Origin: Octopus sinensis
Lineage: Eukaryota
Assembly: GCF_006345805.1 (NCBI RefSeq)
Contig: NC_043000.1
Location: 58,094,001 to 58,158,000 of the forward strand
DNA length: 64,000 bases
Direction of reading: 5' to 3'
The stretch's first letter is position 1, and every line of letters starts with the position of its first letter. Both the position numbers and the translations under genes were made by a program. Below are positions 63,536-64,000 of the stretch, piece after piece. The notes under the pieces are model-generated. The model searched no databases and was not told the DNA's origin. It was given only the letters and a program-made list of their open reading frames with translations.

Positions 63536-64000
63536 GTACGATAGGCTTTTTTGATATCCCATATGTCAAAATCTTTAACTCGGTTTTGGAATGTGTAAGG
63601 AATATATATATATAGGACAGTATCTTACATTACAATAGAGACGTAATACTGAAATAGATAAGAGCTTGCATTAGGCATAGGTAAGAAATTGGAAATTTTT
63701 TTGGCCCATGACACTGCATGGACCTTGGCTTTTGCATTTGATGCCTGTTGCTTTAAGTATTTTATTTTGATTTTATGTATATATGTATGTATAAGCCAAT
63801 GAAGAAGACCTCTAAGTGGTAGCTAGATCTAGTAAAAATAGCAGCCAAATCTCCCTCAAAACACCCTACTGTCTTAATCTGACAATTCTGTCTATTATGT
63901 AGTTTGAATGAGAAACTGTAACTAAAGATTAAGATTATTAACCCCAAAATTTTACGCATTTTAATAGTAATCAATTTCTTCTCATTTTTTACTTTCCTCG

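Overview
AT-rich, microsatellite-dense eukaryotic DNA, most likely an Octopus (cephalopod) intron or intergenic region; the species call is an inference from the recurring SINE families and (TA)n/(GATA)n/(CAT)n tracts. No host protein-coding exon could be supported, and most ORF-track entries are microsatellite or SINE artefacts. The window is a mosaic of tRNA-derived SINEs, LINE relics (CR1/L2-like, RTE, RTE-X), DNA transposon relics (Tc1 DD34E, mariner DD34D, maT DD37D, rosa DD41D, hAT, piggyBac-type MITEs), a Gypsy pol relic and a decayed Penelope-type GIY-YIG fragment. The main discovery is a set of unrelated, short, apparently non-coding elements that each carry a type I hammerhead ribozyme motif with a palindromic stem III and mostly end 3' in a (TA)n microsatellite. 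Three are partial-tandem (about 1.3-1.6 unit) arrays with unit lengths of 485, 566 and about 428 nt (22141-22774, 43976-44872, 57406-58064), the architecture expected for non-LTR retrozymes or Penelope pLTR derivatives that yield self-cleaved, possibly circular RNAs. Five further hammerhead relics occur at about 10.5, 13.2, 16.0, 45.0 and 60.0 kb, plus a core fragment at 36.9 kb. All folds were derived by hand and SINE/relic boundaries are approximate.
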